From an uncultured Candidatus Saccharibacteria bacterium (GTDB lineage: Bacteria > Patescibacteriota > Minisyncoccia > Phycocordibacterales > UBA9973): 64,000 nucleotides of DNA. Position numbers and translations under genes: made by a program. The notes under the pieces are model-generated. The model was not told the DNA's origin and made no database searches. It saw nothing but the letters and a program-made list of their open reading frames with translations. Positions 28,219 through 37,084 of this stretch are shown one piece after another (position 1 is the first letter of the stretch; each line of letters starts with the position of its first letter). Where the stretch lies: assembly GCA_964450735.1 (NCBI GenBank), contig CAYVDC010000004.1, positions 18,829 through 82,828 on the forward strand. The letters run 5' to 3'.

Positions 28219-29490
28219 CTAATACTCTCGCATTGAGAGCTGCGCATCGATGCGCTTCAAGAGGTCGAGGACCACTGAAACGACGATGAGGAGCGCGGTA
28301 CCACCGATAGCGATCTGCGTGATGCCGGTAACTTCTTTGAGGATGAGCGGAATAATCGCGATCAAGCCCAAGAAGATAGCGCCGACAAACGTGATTCGTG
28401 AAGTGATGTTTCCGACATACTCTTCAGTCTGCATACCTGGGCGAACGCCTGGGATAAATGCACCGTTCTTCTGAAGGTTCTCAGCCATTTGATGTGGATC
28501 AAAAGTGATAGCCGTGTAGAAGTACGTAAATACGAATACGAGTACGAAGTAGACAGCGGCATATGCCCAAGCATTCTGAACGAATGCAGTAAGCGCATGA
28601 CCGATACCCTGCAATGTGCCGTTCGCTGCGCCAGAGAGAGCTGTACCAAGAATCTGCGGGAACAATAGAATTGAAAGCGCGAAGATAATTGGCATAACGC
28701 CTGCCTGGTTGATGCGAATTGGAACATAGGTAGATACACCACCTGTTGTCTTGTTACCGACAAGTCGCTTAGCGTAAGTAACTGGAATCGATCGCTCCGC
28801 TTCGGAGACAAATACGACTGCAGCAACGACCACAAGAGCGATTGCGATAAAGATGATCAATGTAGGAATCTGTGAAGCATCGAAGGTGAACAAGAAGCGT
28901 GAGAGCTCTTGAGGAACCTGTGCAACGATACCTGCGAAGATAATGAGTGACATACCGTTTCCAATACCGAACTCAGTAACGATCTCACCGATCCACATAA
29001 GCAAGATTGAACCTGCAATGATGGTGATGAGTGCTACGAGCTGCTGGAAGAGGTCGAGCTGTCCGAGGATCCCTTGTCGAGACAAGATGACCATCAAGCT
29101 AAAGCCCTGAATTGCTGCCAACGGAACGGTAAGCAATCGTGTGTACTGTGCGAACTTTCTGCGTCCGTTCTCTCCTTCTTCTTGGTAGAGCTGCTTCAAG
29201 CGCGGGATCATGATCGTGAGCAACTGGAGAATGATCGAAGCCGTAATGAACGGTCCGACTCCAAGCATGATCAATGAGAGCGTTGAGAGTCCTCCACCTG
29301 AGAAGATGTTGAGTACGCCGAAGAATTGGTTGTTGTTGAGGAATGCAGCGAGACGTCCGGCATCGATGCCCGGAACTGGGATTGCGGCCAAAAGGCGAAA
29401 CGCCAAGAGTGCCAAGATCATGATCAAGACTCGTTTGCGGAGCAAGCGGTCAGTGAACACCATCTTAATTTTTTTCCATACTGTTTCCAT
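28219..29490 (-). CDS. secY: preprotein translocase subunit SecY
   Basis: 423 aa, 10 TM segments, with the conserved SecY N-terminal and plug-region motifs. Confidence 0.9.
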   Translation of the reverse strand: METVWKKIKMVFTDRLLRKRVLIMILALLAFRLLAAIPVPGIDAGRLAAFLNNNQFFGVLNIFSGGGLSTLSLIMLGVGPFITASIILQLLTIMIPRLKQLYQEEGENGRRKFAQYTRLLTVPLAAIQGFSLMVILSRQGILGQLDLFQQLVALITIIAGSILLMWIGEIVTEFGIGNGMSLIIFAGIVAQVPQELSRFLFTFDASQIPTLIIFIAIALVVVAAVVFVSEAERSIPVTYAKRLVGNKTTGGVSTYVPIRINQAGVMPIIFALSILLFPQILGTALSGAANGTLQGIGHALTAFVQNAWAYAAVYFVLVFVFTYFYTAITFDPHQMAENLQKNGAFIPGVRPGMQTEEYVGNITSRITFVGAIFLGLIAIIPLILKEVTGITQIAIGGTALLIVVSVVLDLLKRIDAQLSMREY

Positions 29491-29521
29491 ACATGTTGGA
29501 AGCTACAGCTAGCGAAGTCAA

Positions 29522-29953
29522 TTACTTGACTGCGCCGCCTGCAGCGACAATTTTATCTTGTGCCTGCTTTGAAACTTTGCAGCCGGAGAACAAAAGAGGA
29601 ATTGAAATGTTTCCAGTTGCCAAGATCTTCACGACCGGTTTTGAACCTTTCGGATAGGTCACGAGCTTCTTTTCACGCAATGACTCAGGAGTTACCTGGT
29701 CGTTCTTCTGGAATGCTGTTTCAAGAGCGCTCAAGTTGACGACGCAAGCTTTTCCCTGAAATGAATGAAAACGGTAACCGCGAAGCTTTGGGAGCTTCTT
29801 GATGATGACGCGCAATTCTGGATATTTTTTGTTTCCAGCTCGAGCGTTCTGACCTTTGGTACCACGACCAGAAGTCTTACCTCGTTTTCCTCCACGTCCT
29901 ACTTGAACGTGTTTTTCATTTGGATTTTTTCGTTTGAGTTGATGTAACTGCAT
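29522..29953 (-). CDS. rplO: 50S ribosomal protein L15
   Basis: L15 KRGKTSGRGTKGQNARAG… motif. Confidence 0.9.
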   Translation of the reverse strand: MQLHQLKRKNPNEKHVQVGRGGKRGKTSGRGTKGQNARAGNKKYPELRVIIKKLPKLRGYRFHSFQGKACVVNLSALETAFQKNDQVTPESLREKKLVTYPKGSKPVVKILATGNISIPLLFSGCKVSKQAQDKIVAAGGAVK

Positions 29954-29957
29954 AAGA

Positions 29958-30662
29958 TTACTCCTTTACTGGGGCTGCAGCAGCAGCTTCAGGTGCTTTT
30001 ACTTCGACCGGTCCCATTCCTCGCTTGGTAGCGATTTTAGAAAGAGCTTTGATCGTCACACGGGCGATGTTGAGCTTGTTCTTTGAACCTGAGTTGATTT
30101 TTGAAGTGACGTTTGAAATACCGGCGAGGTTCAAGATGTCGCGAGTTGCTGATCCTGATACCAATCCTTTACCGTTGTTCGGTCGGATCATAACGCTTGC
30201 GCTTGAGTACTTAGCTGCTACTTCATGAGGGATCGAGCCTTTCTTGTTGAGATTGATCTTGATCATCTGCTTGCGAGCGCTTCGTACTGCTTTGTTGATT
30301 GCGAGCGATGTATCGCCTGCCTTTCCTGTTCCGACTCCGACTGATCCTTTCTTGTCGCCGATTGCAATTGAAACTGCAAATGACATACGTCGTCCTCCTG
30401 ATACCACACGGGTAACGCGGCGGATTGAGATCATCTTCTGTTCGAATTCAGGCTTTGGTCGGTCAAATGAAGGACGTCCTCGGCGATCTCCGCCTCGGCT
30501 TCCTCCTGGTCCGCCAGTTCGTGGGCCTGAAGAGCTACCTGCGCCTCGAGGACCTCCTGGTCCGCGTGAGCCTGCACCTCCACGAGCACCACCTGCACCT
30601 GCTGGTCGAGCATGAGCTGGACGAGCTGCTGGGGCTGCTGTTGTTGGTTTTGTGTCTGCCAT
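29958..30662 (-). CDS. rpsE: 30S ribosomal protein S5 with an approx. 75-aa Gly/Arg/Pro-rich N-terminal extension and an Ala-rich C-terminal tail
   Basis: S5 core …IRRVTRVVSGGRRMSFAVS…GKGLVSGSATRDILNLAGI… The extension is encoded by a locally GC-rich stretch. Confidence 0.9.
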   Translation of the reverse strand: MADTKPTTAAPAARPAHARPAGAGGARGGAGSRGPGGPRGAGSSSGPRTGGPGGSRGGDRRGRPSFDRPKPEFEQKMISIRRVTRVVSGGRRMSFAVSIAIGDKKGSVGVGTGKAGDTSLAINKAVRSARKQMIKINLNKKGSIPHEVAAKYSSASVMIRPNNGKGLVSGSATRDILNLAGISNVTSKINSGSKNKLNIARVTIKALSKIATKRGMGPVEVKAPEAAAAAPVKE

Positions 30663-30667
30663 ATAGT

Positions 30668-31018
30668 TTAGAATTTAAGACCAGCCTTACGTGCAGCATC
30701 CGCGAGGAGCTTTACGCGACCAGTGTATTTAAAACCGTTTCGATCAAAGACGACCTCCTTGATGTTTTTTGCGAGAGCAGCTTCTGCAACGAGCTTTCCG
30801 ATCTCTTCAGCGCGAAGAGTCTTGGTGCCTTTTGCAGTTTTTACGTCTGATGCCTGTGCTACTGTCTTTCCTGCATTGTCATCGATGATCTGAGCATAGA
30901 TGAATTTGTTGGAACGATAGACTGACAAACGTGGACGTGATTCGGTACCCGAAATTTTCATTCGGATTTTTCGCTTCAAGCGAAGGCGCTTCTGATCTTT
31001 GTTTTGCTGTGTTTTCAT
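30668..31018 (-). CDS. rplR: 50S ribosomal protein L18
   Basis: L18 motif …[20 protein letters not shown]…. Confidence 0.9.
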   Translation of the reverse strand: MKTQQNKDQKRLRLKRKIRMKISGTESRPRLSVYRSNKFIYAQIIDDNAGKTVAQASDVKTAKGTKTLRAEEIGKLVAEAALAKNIKEVVFDRNGFKYTGRVKLLADAARKAGLKF

Positions 31019-31029
31019 ATAGTTGATGC

Positions 31030-31563
31030 TTACGCAGTTTTCTTACCTTGCTTGCGGCGAACGACCTCACCTTCATAGTGAAATCCTTTACCTTTATATG
31101 GTTCTGGCTTTTTGAGGGCGCGTACCATAGAAGCGAATTGTCCGACCTTTTCTTTATCGATACCAGTGACAGTGATGTTGTTTTTTTCAGCAGTGACAGT
31201 AAGTCCTTCTGGAACTGGAACTGAAACTGGGTGTGAGAATCCGAGGGCGAGATCAAGGTTTGAGCCTTTTACTTCGCTTTTGAATCCCACTCCTTCGAGA
31301 ATGAGCTTCTTTACATATGGAGTGTTTACGCCTGCAATCATGTTTTTGACATGTGAAGCGTATGTTCCCCAAAGTGCGTATGCGAATCCTCCTGAAATCG
31401 ATGGCTTGAAAGTGACTTTGTCGCCTTCAATCATGATGGTAACTTCATCTCGAAATGTTCGTGTAAGTGTTCCCTTTGGACCTTTGACAGTCAAAGTGCC
31501 GTCCTGAAGTTTTACTTCAGTTCCGCTTGGAATAACTAGTTCTTGTTTACCGACTCGTGACAT
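31030..31563 (-). CDS. rplF: 50S ribosomal protein L6
   Basis: [33 protein letters not shown]…. Confidence 0.9.
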   Translation of the reverse strand: MSRVGKQELVIPSGTEVKLQDGTLTVKGPKGTLTRTFRDEVTIMIEGDKVTFKPSISGGFAYALWGTYASHVKNMIAGVNTPYVKKLILEGVGFKSEVKGSNLDLALGFSHPVSVPVPEGLTVTAEKNNITVTGIDKEKVGQFASMVRALKKPEPYKGKGFHYEGEVVRRKQGKKTA

Positions 31564-31583
31564 ATATATAACTCAAAATTCGA

Positions 31584-31970
31584 TTACCAAATCGAAAGGA
31601 TTACTTCGCCACCGACGTGCTCTTTCTTGGCTTCCTTGTCTGTAAGGATTCCTTTTGGAGTTGAGAGTACCATGATGCCGCGGCCGTTTTTGACTGGCTT
31701 GAGATCATTGACGCCCATATAGGTTCGTCGTGATACTTTCGATACGCGCATGACATCGTCAATGCGTGGTGTTGCGTCTTTGTAAAGAAGTTCGACCTCG
31801 ATAACTTCTCCTACTTTCTTTGCCTTCTTGCTTACGCTCTTGATAAATCCCGAACGTACCAAAGTGTTTGCGATCTCGAGCTTGATTTTTGAATGCGGAA
31901 AAGCGACGGTAGCATTACCGGCACGTGACGCGTTCTTGATCATGACGAGCATGTTTGCGATTGGATCCAT
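31584..31970 (-). CDS. rpsH: 30S ribosomal protein S8
   Basis: MDPIANMLVMIKNASRAG…. Confidence 0.9.
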   Translation of the reverse strand: MDPIANMLVMIKNASRAGNATVAFPHSKIKLEIANTLVRSGFIKSVSKKAKKVGEVIEVELLYKDATPRIDDVMRVSKVSRRTYMGVNDLKPVKNGRGIMVLSTPKGILTDKEAKKEHVGGEVILSIW

Positions 31971-31997
31971 AGATAACTTCTGAGAGTTAGGCGGTTA

Positions 31998-32183
31998 TTA
32001 CCATGATGACTTGCGTACTCCAGGAATCATTCCTTCGTTTGCAAGTTCACGGAAACAGATTCGGCAAAGGCCGAAATCCCGCATGAATCCTCTACCGCGA
32101 CCACAGCGAAAACAACGATTTTTCGCTCGTGTGGAGAACTTTGGCTTTTTTAACGATCGGGCAACAGTTGATGTTTTTGCCAT
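31998..32183 (-). CDS. rpsZ: 30S ribosomal protein S14 type Z (zinc-binding, 61 aa)
   Basis: [61 protein letters not shown] has the CxxC…CxxC pattern. Only the C-terminal part of listed ORF 31998–32357 is coding. Confidence 0.85.
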   Translation of the reverse strand: MAKTSTVARSLKKPKFSTRAKNRCFRCGRGRGFMRDFGLCRICFRELANEGMIPGVRKSSW

Positions 32184-32524
32184 ACTTAAAAAGCTACTTT
32201 TTTTAATAAATTCATCCTCCAATATCGCGCTTGGGCTCATGAGATGCTTAATTGGGCAAAAACCCTGTAAGCACAATATGAAACCGAACGGATTAAGAAG
32301 ACAAAAGCACCATGACCGGTGCTTTCGACATAATAGCAGAAATGGGTGAAAAGTCAATAATTATTACTGACAACCTTCGATACCAGGATCCATATCTATA
32401 ACGCATGGTGAGCCCCACTCCGTATTTACTACATCCATAAAGTTAGGATTTAAATTAAATTGCTTGGTGTACACTAAAAAAGAAGCTCCAATAAGAACTA
32501 TTTGAATAATGAATAGTTTTTTAA

Positions 32525-33022
32525 TCATATATAAACAACAGGTATATTAAAAAATACAATAATAAGGAATCGCGAAATTATCTGGCATAAAGTAAAAAGT
32601 ATAACAGTTAGAAGCAATTGTTTTTTAAATTTCCCTCTGCGGTATGGAAGATATGTTACCAAGATTGGTAAAATAACGACAAAAATATAACCGGTAGTGA
32701 AAAGCAATATAGTATTTCTTGGTTGAGTTACTATGCTTTCTTGCAGAAGAGCACGTACATTAGGAAGAATAGTCAAAACAATATGAGCAATACTCCCTAC
32801 TACAAGCAACCAAAAAGACCATTTAGCTAGGGTCGCATCACTTGAATCAGAAACTGGAGCCGGGATTGGCGTTGGAATTGAAGCTGATCCAGTAAGAAAA
32901 CTTGCTTCTGTTATCTCCTCATCTTTCCAACCTTGAGCGACCAATGTGGGGCGATAGACGGATTCGGGAATACCTGCTGCTTTTTGTTTTTGTATATATG
33001 AGACCAGATCCTGGTTTAACAT
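32525..33022 (-). CDS. membrane protein: N-terminal 40-aa soluble motif (L..YIQ.Q...G...E.I...L...GW..EEI.E.F) plus 3–4 TM helices; inserted between rplE and rpsZ
   Basis: N-terminal DLVSYIQKQKAAGIPESVYRPTLVAQGWKDEEITEASF, then hydrophobic helices. Paralogous N-terminus to the gene at 49756–50520. Confidence 0.5.
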   Translation of the reverse strand: MLNQDLVSYIQKQKAAGIPESVYRPTLVAQGWKDEEITEASFLTGSASIPTPIPAPVSDSSDATLAKWSFWLLVVGSIAHIVLTILPNVRALLQESIVTQPRNTILLFTTGYIFVVILPILVTYLPYRRGKFKKQLLLTVILFTLCQIISRFLIIVFFNIPVVYI

Positions 33023-33048
33023 ACACAGAGTATATCAGACCGTATAAA

Positions 33049-33080
33049 AGAAAAACACCCAGTAACGGGTGTTTTTCTTT
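33049..33080. terminator. intrinsic terminator aaaaacaccc-agtaac-gggtgttttt
   Basis: Seen directly, immediately after rplE. Confidence 0.7.
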
Positions 33081-33088
33081 TTGAAGTT

Positions 33089-33643
33089 TTATTTAGCAGC
33101 TTCTGCTGACTTGAACGGCACCCCGATCAACTCAAAGAACTTTGTAGCTTCTTTTTTGTTTTTCGCTGATGTGACGATAGTGATCGCCAAACCGAAGATG
33201 TCTTTCAATTCTTCATCTCCAGTCTCAGGAAAGATGCTGTGCTCTTTCACTGGGATAGTGATGTTACCGATGTCGTCTACGATGCGTCGCTCGAGACCGC
33301 GGAAGTCCTTTGTTCGAGGAAGTGCGATGTTGAGGAGCTTGTCGAGGAACGAGTACATGCGAGTATTTCGGAGTGTGACTGCAACGCCGATAGCGTCACC
33401 TGCACGAACCTTGAAGCTCGCAACTGATTTCTTTGCCTTGCGGAGAGTTGGCTTCTGGCCAGTGATCTTCGCGAGACGATCAAGAATGAAGTCGTTACGG
33501 TTCTTGTCTTTCTTGATAGCGCTTCCAGTTCCAACAGATATTACTACCTTCTGGATCTTTGGAGCAGCCATCTTGTTCTTGTAGCCGAACTCGCCTTTCA
33601 TTGATGCGATCGATTCTTCTGCTTTTGCTTTGACTGATTTCAT
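33089..33643 (-). CDS. rplE: 50S ribosomal protein L5
   Basis: L5 motifs …PKIQKVVISVGTG… LRNTRMYSFLDKLLNIALPR…. Confidence 0.9.
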   Translation of the reverse strand: MKSVKAKAEESIASMKGEFGYKNKMAAPKIQKVVISVGTGSAIKKDKNRNDFILDRLAKITGQKPTLRKAKKSVASFKVRAGDAIGVAVTLRNTRMYSFLDKLLNIALPRTKDFRGLERRIVDDIGNITIPVKEHSIFPETGDEELKDIFGLAITIVTSAKNKKEATKFFELIGVPFKSAEAAK

Positions 33644-33648
33644 AGGTA

Positions 33649-33957
33649 TTACTTGAGCTCTTGTCCGCTCTTCTGAGCGACGCGAACTCGCTTACCGGAA
33701 ACGACCTTTTTCTGAACGCGTGTGCCCTTTCCTCCTTTCGGATCAACTGGCTGAACGTTTGAGATGTGAATTGAACGAGTAACATCGATGATCTCACCTT
33801 TGCCGCCTGATGTGCGGGTCTTCTGGTGCTTCTTCCAAATGTTTACTCCTTCAACGAGGACTCGATTCTTTGCAGTCAAGACCTTTGCGATCTTGCCTTT
33901 TGCTCCCTTGTCCTTACCTGAGAGCACTACTACGCTGTCTCCTTTTTTGATATGCAT
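33649..33957 (-). CDS. rplX: 50S ribosomal protein L24
   Basis: MHIKKGDSVVVLSGKDKGAKGKI…. Confidence 0.9.
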   Translation of the reverse strand: MHIKKGDSVVVLSGKDKGAKGKIAKVLTAKNRVLVEGVNIWKKHQKTRTSGGKGEIIDVTRSIHISNVQPVDPKGGKGTRVQKKVVSGKRVRVAQKSGQELK

Positions 33958-33961
33958 ATAA

Positions 33962-34333
33962 TTAGAGCACTTCAGGTGCGAGTGAAATTATCTTCTGATA
34001 ACCTGCCTCACCGACTTCACGTGGGATTGGACCAAAGATGCGACCTGCTTTTGGTTCTGGCTTTTCTTTATCGAGGATCACAACTGCGTTGTCATCGAAT
34101 CGGATGTACGAACCGTCCTTGCGGCGGTAAGCATCGCGAACTCGAACTACAACTGCGCGGTGAACGTCTTTCTTCTTGACCGCCTTGCGAGGCTCAGCGA
34201 TTTTGACTGAAATAATGACGAGGTCTCCGATCGAAGCGTAACGTCGCTTTGAGCCTTTCAAAACTTTGAAGACTTTACCAACTTTACCTCCGGCGTTGTC
34301 TGTGATCTTTACTACTGTTCCATCTTGAATCAT
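33962..34333 (-). CDS. rplN: 50S ribosomal protein L14
   Basis: MIQDGTVVKITDNAGGK…. Confidence 0.9.
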   Translation of the reverse strand: MIQDGTVVKITDNAGGKVGKVFKVLKGSKRRYASIGDLVIISVKIAEPRKAVKKKDVHRAVVVRVRDAYRRKDGSYIRFDDNAVVILDKEKPEPKAGRIFGPIPREVGEAGYQKIISLAPEVL

Positions 34334-34360
34334 ATAAGTTTCTGAGTTAGTAGGATGCGA

Positions 34361-34654
34361 TTATGCAGCCTTGCCAACTACGATGAATTTTTTATCTTTA
34401 GAGATCGGACGAGTCTCCATTATTTCGACCTTGTCGCCTGTCTTGTAGGCATTTTCTTCGTCATGCGCCTTGTACTTCTTTGAGATAGTGTAGTACTTCT
34501 GGTATTTTTCGTGCTTAACGTAACGGTCAACTTTGACGACAACAGTCTTGTTCATCTTGTCAGAAGTGATCACGCCCGCCATGACTTTACCTTTTGGCTC
34601 GCTAGCAGTTTCCTGCTTTGCTACTTTTGCTTTCTTTGTTGTTGCTGCTTTCAT
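34361..34654 (-). CDS. rpsQ: 30S ribosomal protein S17
   Basis: …[29 protein letters not shown]… with an N-terminal Lys/Ala extension. Confidence 0.9.
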   Translation of the reverse strand: MKAATTKKAKVAKQETASEPKGKVMAGVITSDKMNKTVVVKVDRYVKHEKYQKYYTISKKYKAHDEENAYKTGDKVEIMETRPISKDKKFIVVGKAA

Positions 34655-34656
34655 GA

Positions 34657-34854
34657 TTATTGTGCTGCGCGAGTCGCAAGTTCTGTCTTCAACTGCGCGA
34701 TTAATTTTTTAGAAGTACGACCTGCTTTGACATCTTTCTGGCGTGTCATTCCTTCAGCGAATTTGAATCCTCGAACATTTTCCATTTCCGTAGCGAGCAT
34801 AGTTGCGAGCTCTTCAGTAGTCTTGTCTTTGAGAGTTGCTTTCTGTGTTTTCAT
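34657..34854 (-). CDS. rpmC: 50S ribosomal protein L29
   Basis: 65 aa, alpha-helical, in the L29 position (…[20 protein letters not shown]…). Confidence 0.85.
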   Translation of the reverse strand: MKTQKATLKDKTTEELATMLATEMENVRGFKFAEGMTRQKDVKAGRTSKKLIAQLKTELATRAAQ

Positions 34855-34858
34855 ATAA

Positions 34859-35281
34859 TTATGCTCGGCTTACGATTTTGGTTTTGACCGGGAGTTTTGT
34901 TCCTGCCTTGCGGAGAGCTTCCTTTGCGATGACTGCATCTACGCCGTCAACTTCAAAGATAATGCGTCCTGGGCGAACTTCGAAGCAGTATGAATCTGGA
35001 TCTCCTTTTCCTTTTCCCATACCCACTTCAGCAGCCTTTCGGGTAACTGGTCGGTCAGGGAAAATACGAATCCATACCTTGCCGGCCTTTGTGAGGTGGC
35101 GAGTCATGGCCTTTCGAGCTGATTCAAGCTGAGCTGACGTTACGCGGTGGAGGCCTTCAGATTTGAGTCCGAATCCGCCGAATGCGAGGGTCACGCCACG
35201 AGTATCAGGCTTTGAGAGTTTGGCATCGCTCTTGCGATTCGTCTGCCACTTGCGGTGTTTTACTTTTTTAGGGAGTAACAT
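34859..35281 (-). CDS. rplP: 50S ribosomal protein L16
   Basis: MLLPKKVKHRKWQTNRK…. Confidence 0.9.
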   Translation of the reverse strand: MLLPKKVKHRKWQTNRKSDAKLSKPDTRGVTLAFGGFGLKSEGLHRVTSAQLESARKAMTRHLTKAGKVWIRIFPDRPVTRKAAEVGMGKGKGDPDSYCFEVRPGRIIFEVDGVDAVIAKEALRKAGTKLPVKTKIVSRA

Positions 35282-35293
35282 ATTATTTAACTC

Positions 35294-35974
35294 TTATTGT
35301 TTGCCTCCCGCCTTTGGAGCGTCAGCAAATACTATTCCTCGGTTGATCCAGACCTTGATACCGATGTCGCCGTAAGGCAAGTGTGCTCGCTCTCGAGCGA
35401 AGTCGATGTCCGCTCGGAATGTCTGAAGTGGGATTGATCCACGCTTCAATTCTTCTGAACGTGCGATTTCAGCGCCGCCGAGACGTCCGCCGATAACGAT
35501 ACGTGCTCCTTCTACGCCGCGAACGCCCATGACCTTTTCGATCGTCTGCTTGATGACGCGTCGGTATGGCATGCGCTTTTCGAGACCTTCAGCAACTGCA
35601 AATGCGACCAAGCGTGCGTCTGCATCTGGGTTGGTAACTTCAACGATATCGATCTTGAGTTCTTCAGGCATGCGAAGTTTCTTCGCTGTGATGAACTTAG
35701 TGATATCGTTCTTGAGCTTGAGTGTTCCTTCGCCTGATCGTCCAATCAAAACGCCTGGGCGTGATGTGCGGAAAATAATGCGAGTAGATTTCTGGTTTCG
35801 CTCGATTTCAATCGATGAAACATATGATCCGCGGAGCTTCTTATCCAAATATTCTCGCAAGAGAACGTCTGTTTTCAAATTGTCCTGATACTTCTTGTCG
35901 CCTGCAAACCATCGTGATTTCCAGTCGCGAAGCATAATGAGACGGTGTGCGTATGGGTGAACTATTTTTGACAT
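35294..35974 (-). CDS. rpsC: 30S ribosomal protein S3
   Basis: MSKIVHPYAHRLIMLRDWKSRWFA… with KH domain. Confidence 0.9.
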   Translation of the reverse strand: MSKIVHPYAHRLIMLRDWKSRWFAGDKKYQDNLKTDVLLREYLDKKLRGSYVSSIEIERNQKSTRIIFRTSRPGVLIGRSGEGTLKLKNDITKFITAKKLRMPEELKIDIVEVTNPDADARLVAFAVAEGLEKRMPYRRVIKQTIEKVMGVRGVEGARIVIGGRLGGAEIARSEELKRGSIPLQTFRADIDFARERAHLPYGDIGIKVWINRGIVFADAPKAGGKQ

Positions 35975-35991
35975 ATATATGTGTTAGATAA

Positions 35992-36459
35992 TTACTTTTT
36001 TGTTGCTGTCTTCTTCGCGACCTTTGGTGCAGCTGCTTTCTTGACTGCTACTTTCTTTGCTGGAGCTTTTGCTGCTGATTTCTTAGCAACTACCGGCTTT
36101 GGCAAACCTTTTCGGTGTTTTGGAGCTTTTTCAGTCTTTTCAGCAAGGAGGATCATAACGTGTGATCCGCGCTTGTTGATGCTTGATGCACGTCCGAATG
36201 CGCGTGGCATTGAACGATGCAAGACAATTCCTTTGTCTACACGCATTTCCTTGATAACAAGGTTTTCTGCTGAGAGACCATTCTGGTTGACTGCGTTAGC
36301 TACTGCTGAAGCCAAAAGCTTCTCGAGCGGAGCTGCTGCGCGCTTGACCATGAACTTAAGTTCCATTTCTGCTTCCTTAACGCTTTTGCCAACGAGTGAT
36401 TTTGCAACCAATCGGACTTTACGTGGAGCTTGTCTGTAATTTGAGAGTAATGCTTTCAT
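35992..36459 (-). CDS. rplV: 50S ribosomal protein L22 with a Lys/Ala-rich C-terminal tail
   Basis: MKALLSNYRQAPRKVRLVAKSLVGKSVKEAEMELKF…. Confidence 0.9.
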   Translation of the reverse strand: MKALLSNYRQAPRKVRLVAKSLVGKSVKEAEMELKFMVKRAAAPLEKLLASAVANAVNQNGLSAENLVIKEMRVDKGIVLHRSMPRAFGRASSINKRGSHVMILLAEKTEKAPKHRKGLPKPVVAKKSAAKAPAKKVAVKKAAAPKVAKKTATKK

Positions 36460-36470
36460 AGTATGGACTC

Positions 36471-36815
36471 TTATTTCTTCTTATCAGCTGGAGCGGATTT
36501 TGCTGCCTGAGCTGCTGAGATTTCGGCCTCTTTCTTCTTTTGCTCAAGTTCTTTCTGCATCTTACCTCCGTGTTTGGTAAACTTGCGAGTCAAAGAGAAT
36601 TCTCCGAGTCTGTGTCCGACCATGTCTTCTGTAACTAGAACTTCTACGTGTATCTTGCCGTTGTGAACGCCGAAGATGAATCCCACCATTTCTGGTGCGA
36701 TCTGTGATGCGCGGGACCATGTCTTGATAACGCCAGTCTTTTGTGGCTCTTTGCCAGCAATTTTCTTGAGCAGGCGCTCATCGACATACATTCCCTTTTT
36801 GAGTGATCGTGTCAT
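36471..36815 (-). CDS. rpsS: 30S ribosomal protein S19 with a C-terminal extension
   Basis: [19 protein letters not shown]…[31 protein letters not shown]…. Confidence 0.9.
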   Translation of the reverse strand: MTRSLKKGMYVDERLLKKIAGKEPQKTGVIKTWSRASQIAPEMVGFIFGVHNGKIHVEVLVTEDMVGHRLGEFSLTRKFTKHGGKMQKELEQKKKEAEISAAQAAKSAPADKKK

Positions 36816-37084
36816 GTATAGGGTTTCTCGAACGACCTTATAAAATAAGGCTATTCGGTTATTAAAGCAAGGAAAGTAATGGTATTCCTTGCCAAGTTAA
36901 CAATAATAATTTACTAGTTTCAAGCCCGAAATCCGGGTTTGAGACTAATTAAAAGGGCTCTTTCGAGGAGCCGATGGGGTCAGATTAGCAGGAAATGGGC
37001 TGAATGTCAAATATAACCTTGATTTTATTGACGAAAGAGCAGTTTATGGTAAGGTAAGAGGTATTTCCTCATTAAAACCTGAAT

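Noticed and set aside
31998-32357. Full 119-aa ORF as the S14 gene
   Set aside because: Only the C-terminal 61 aa (from [10 protein letters not shown]) match S14 type Z. The N-terminal part is a hydrophobic non-conserved extension.
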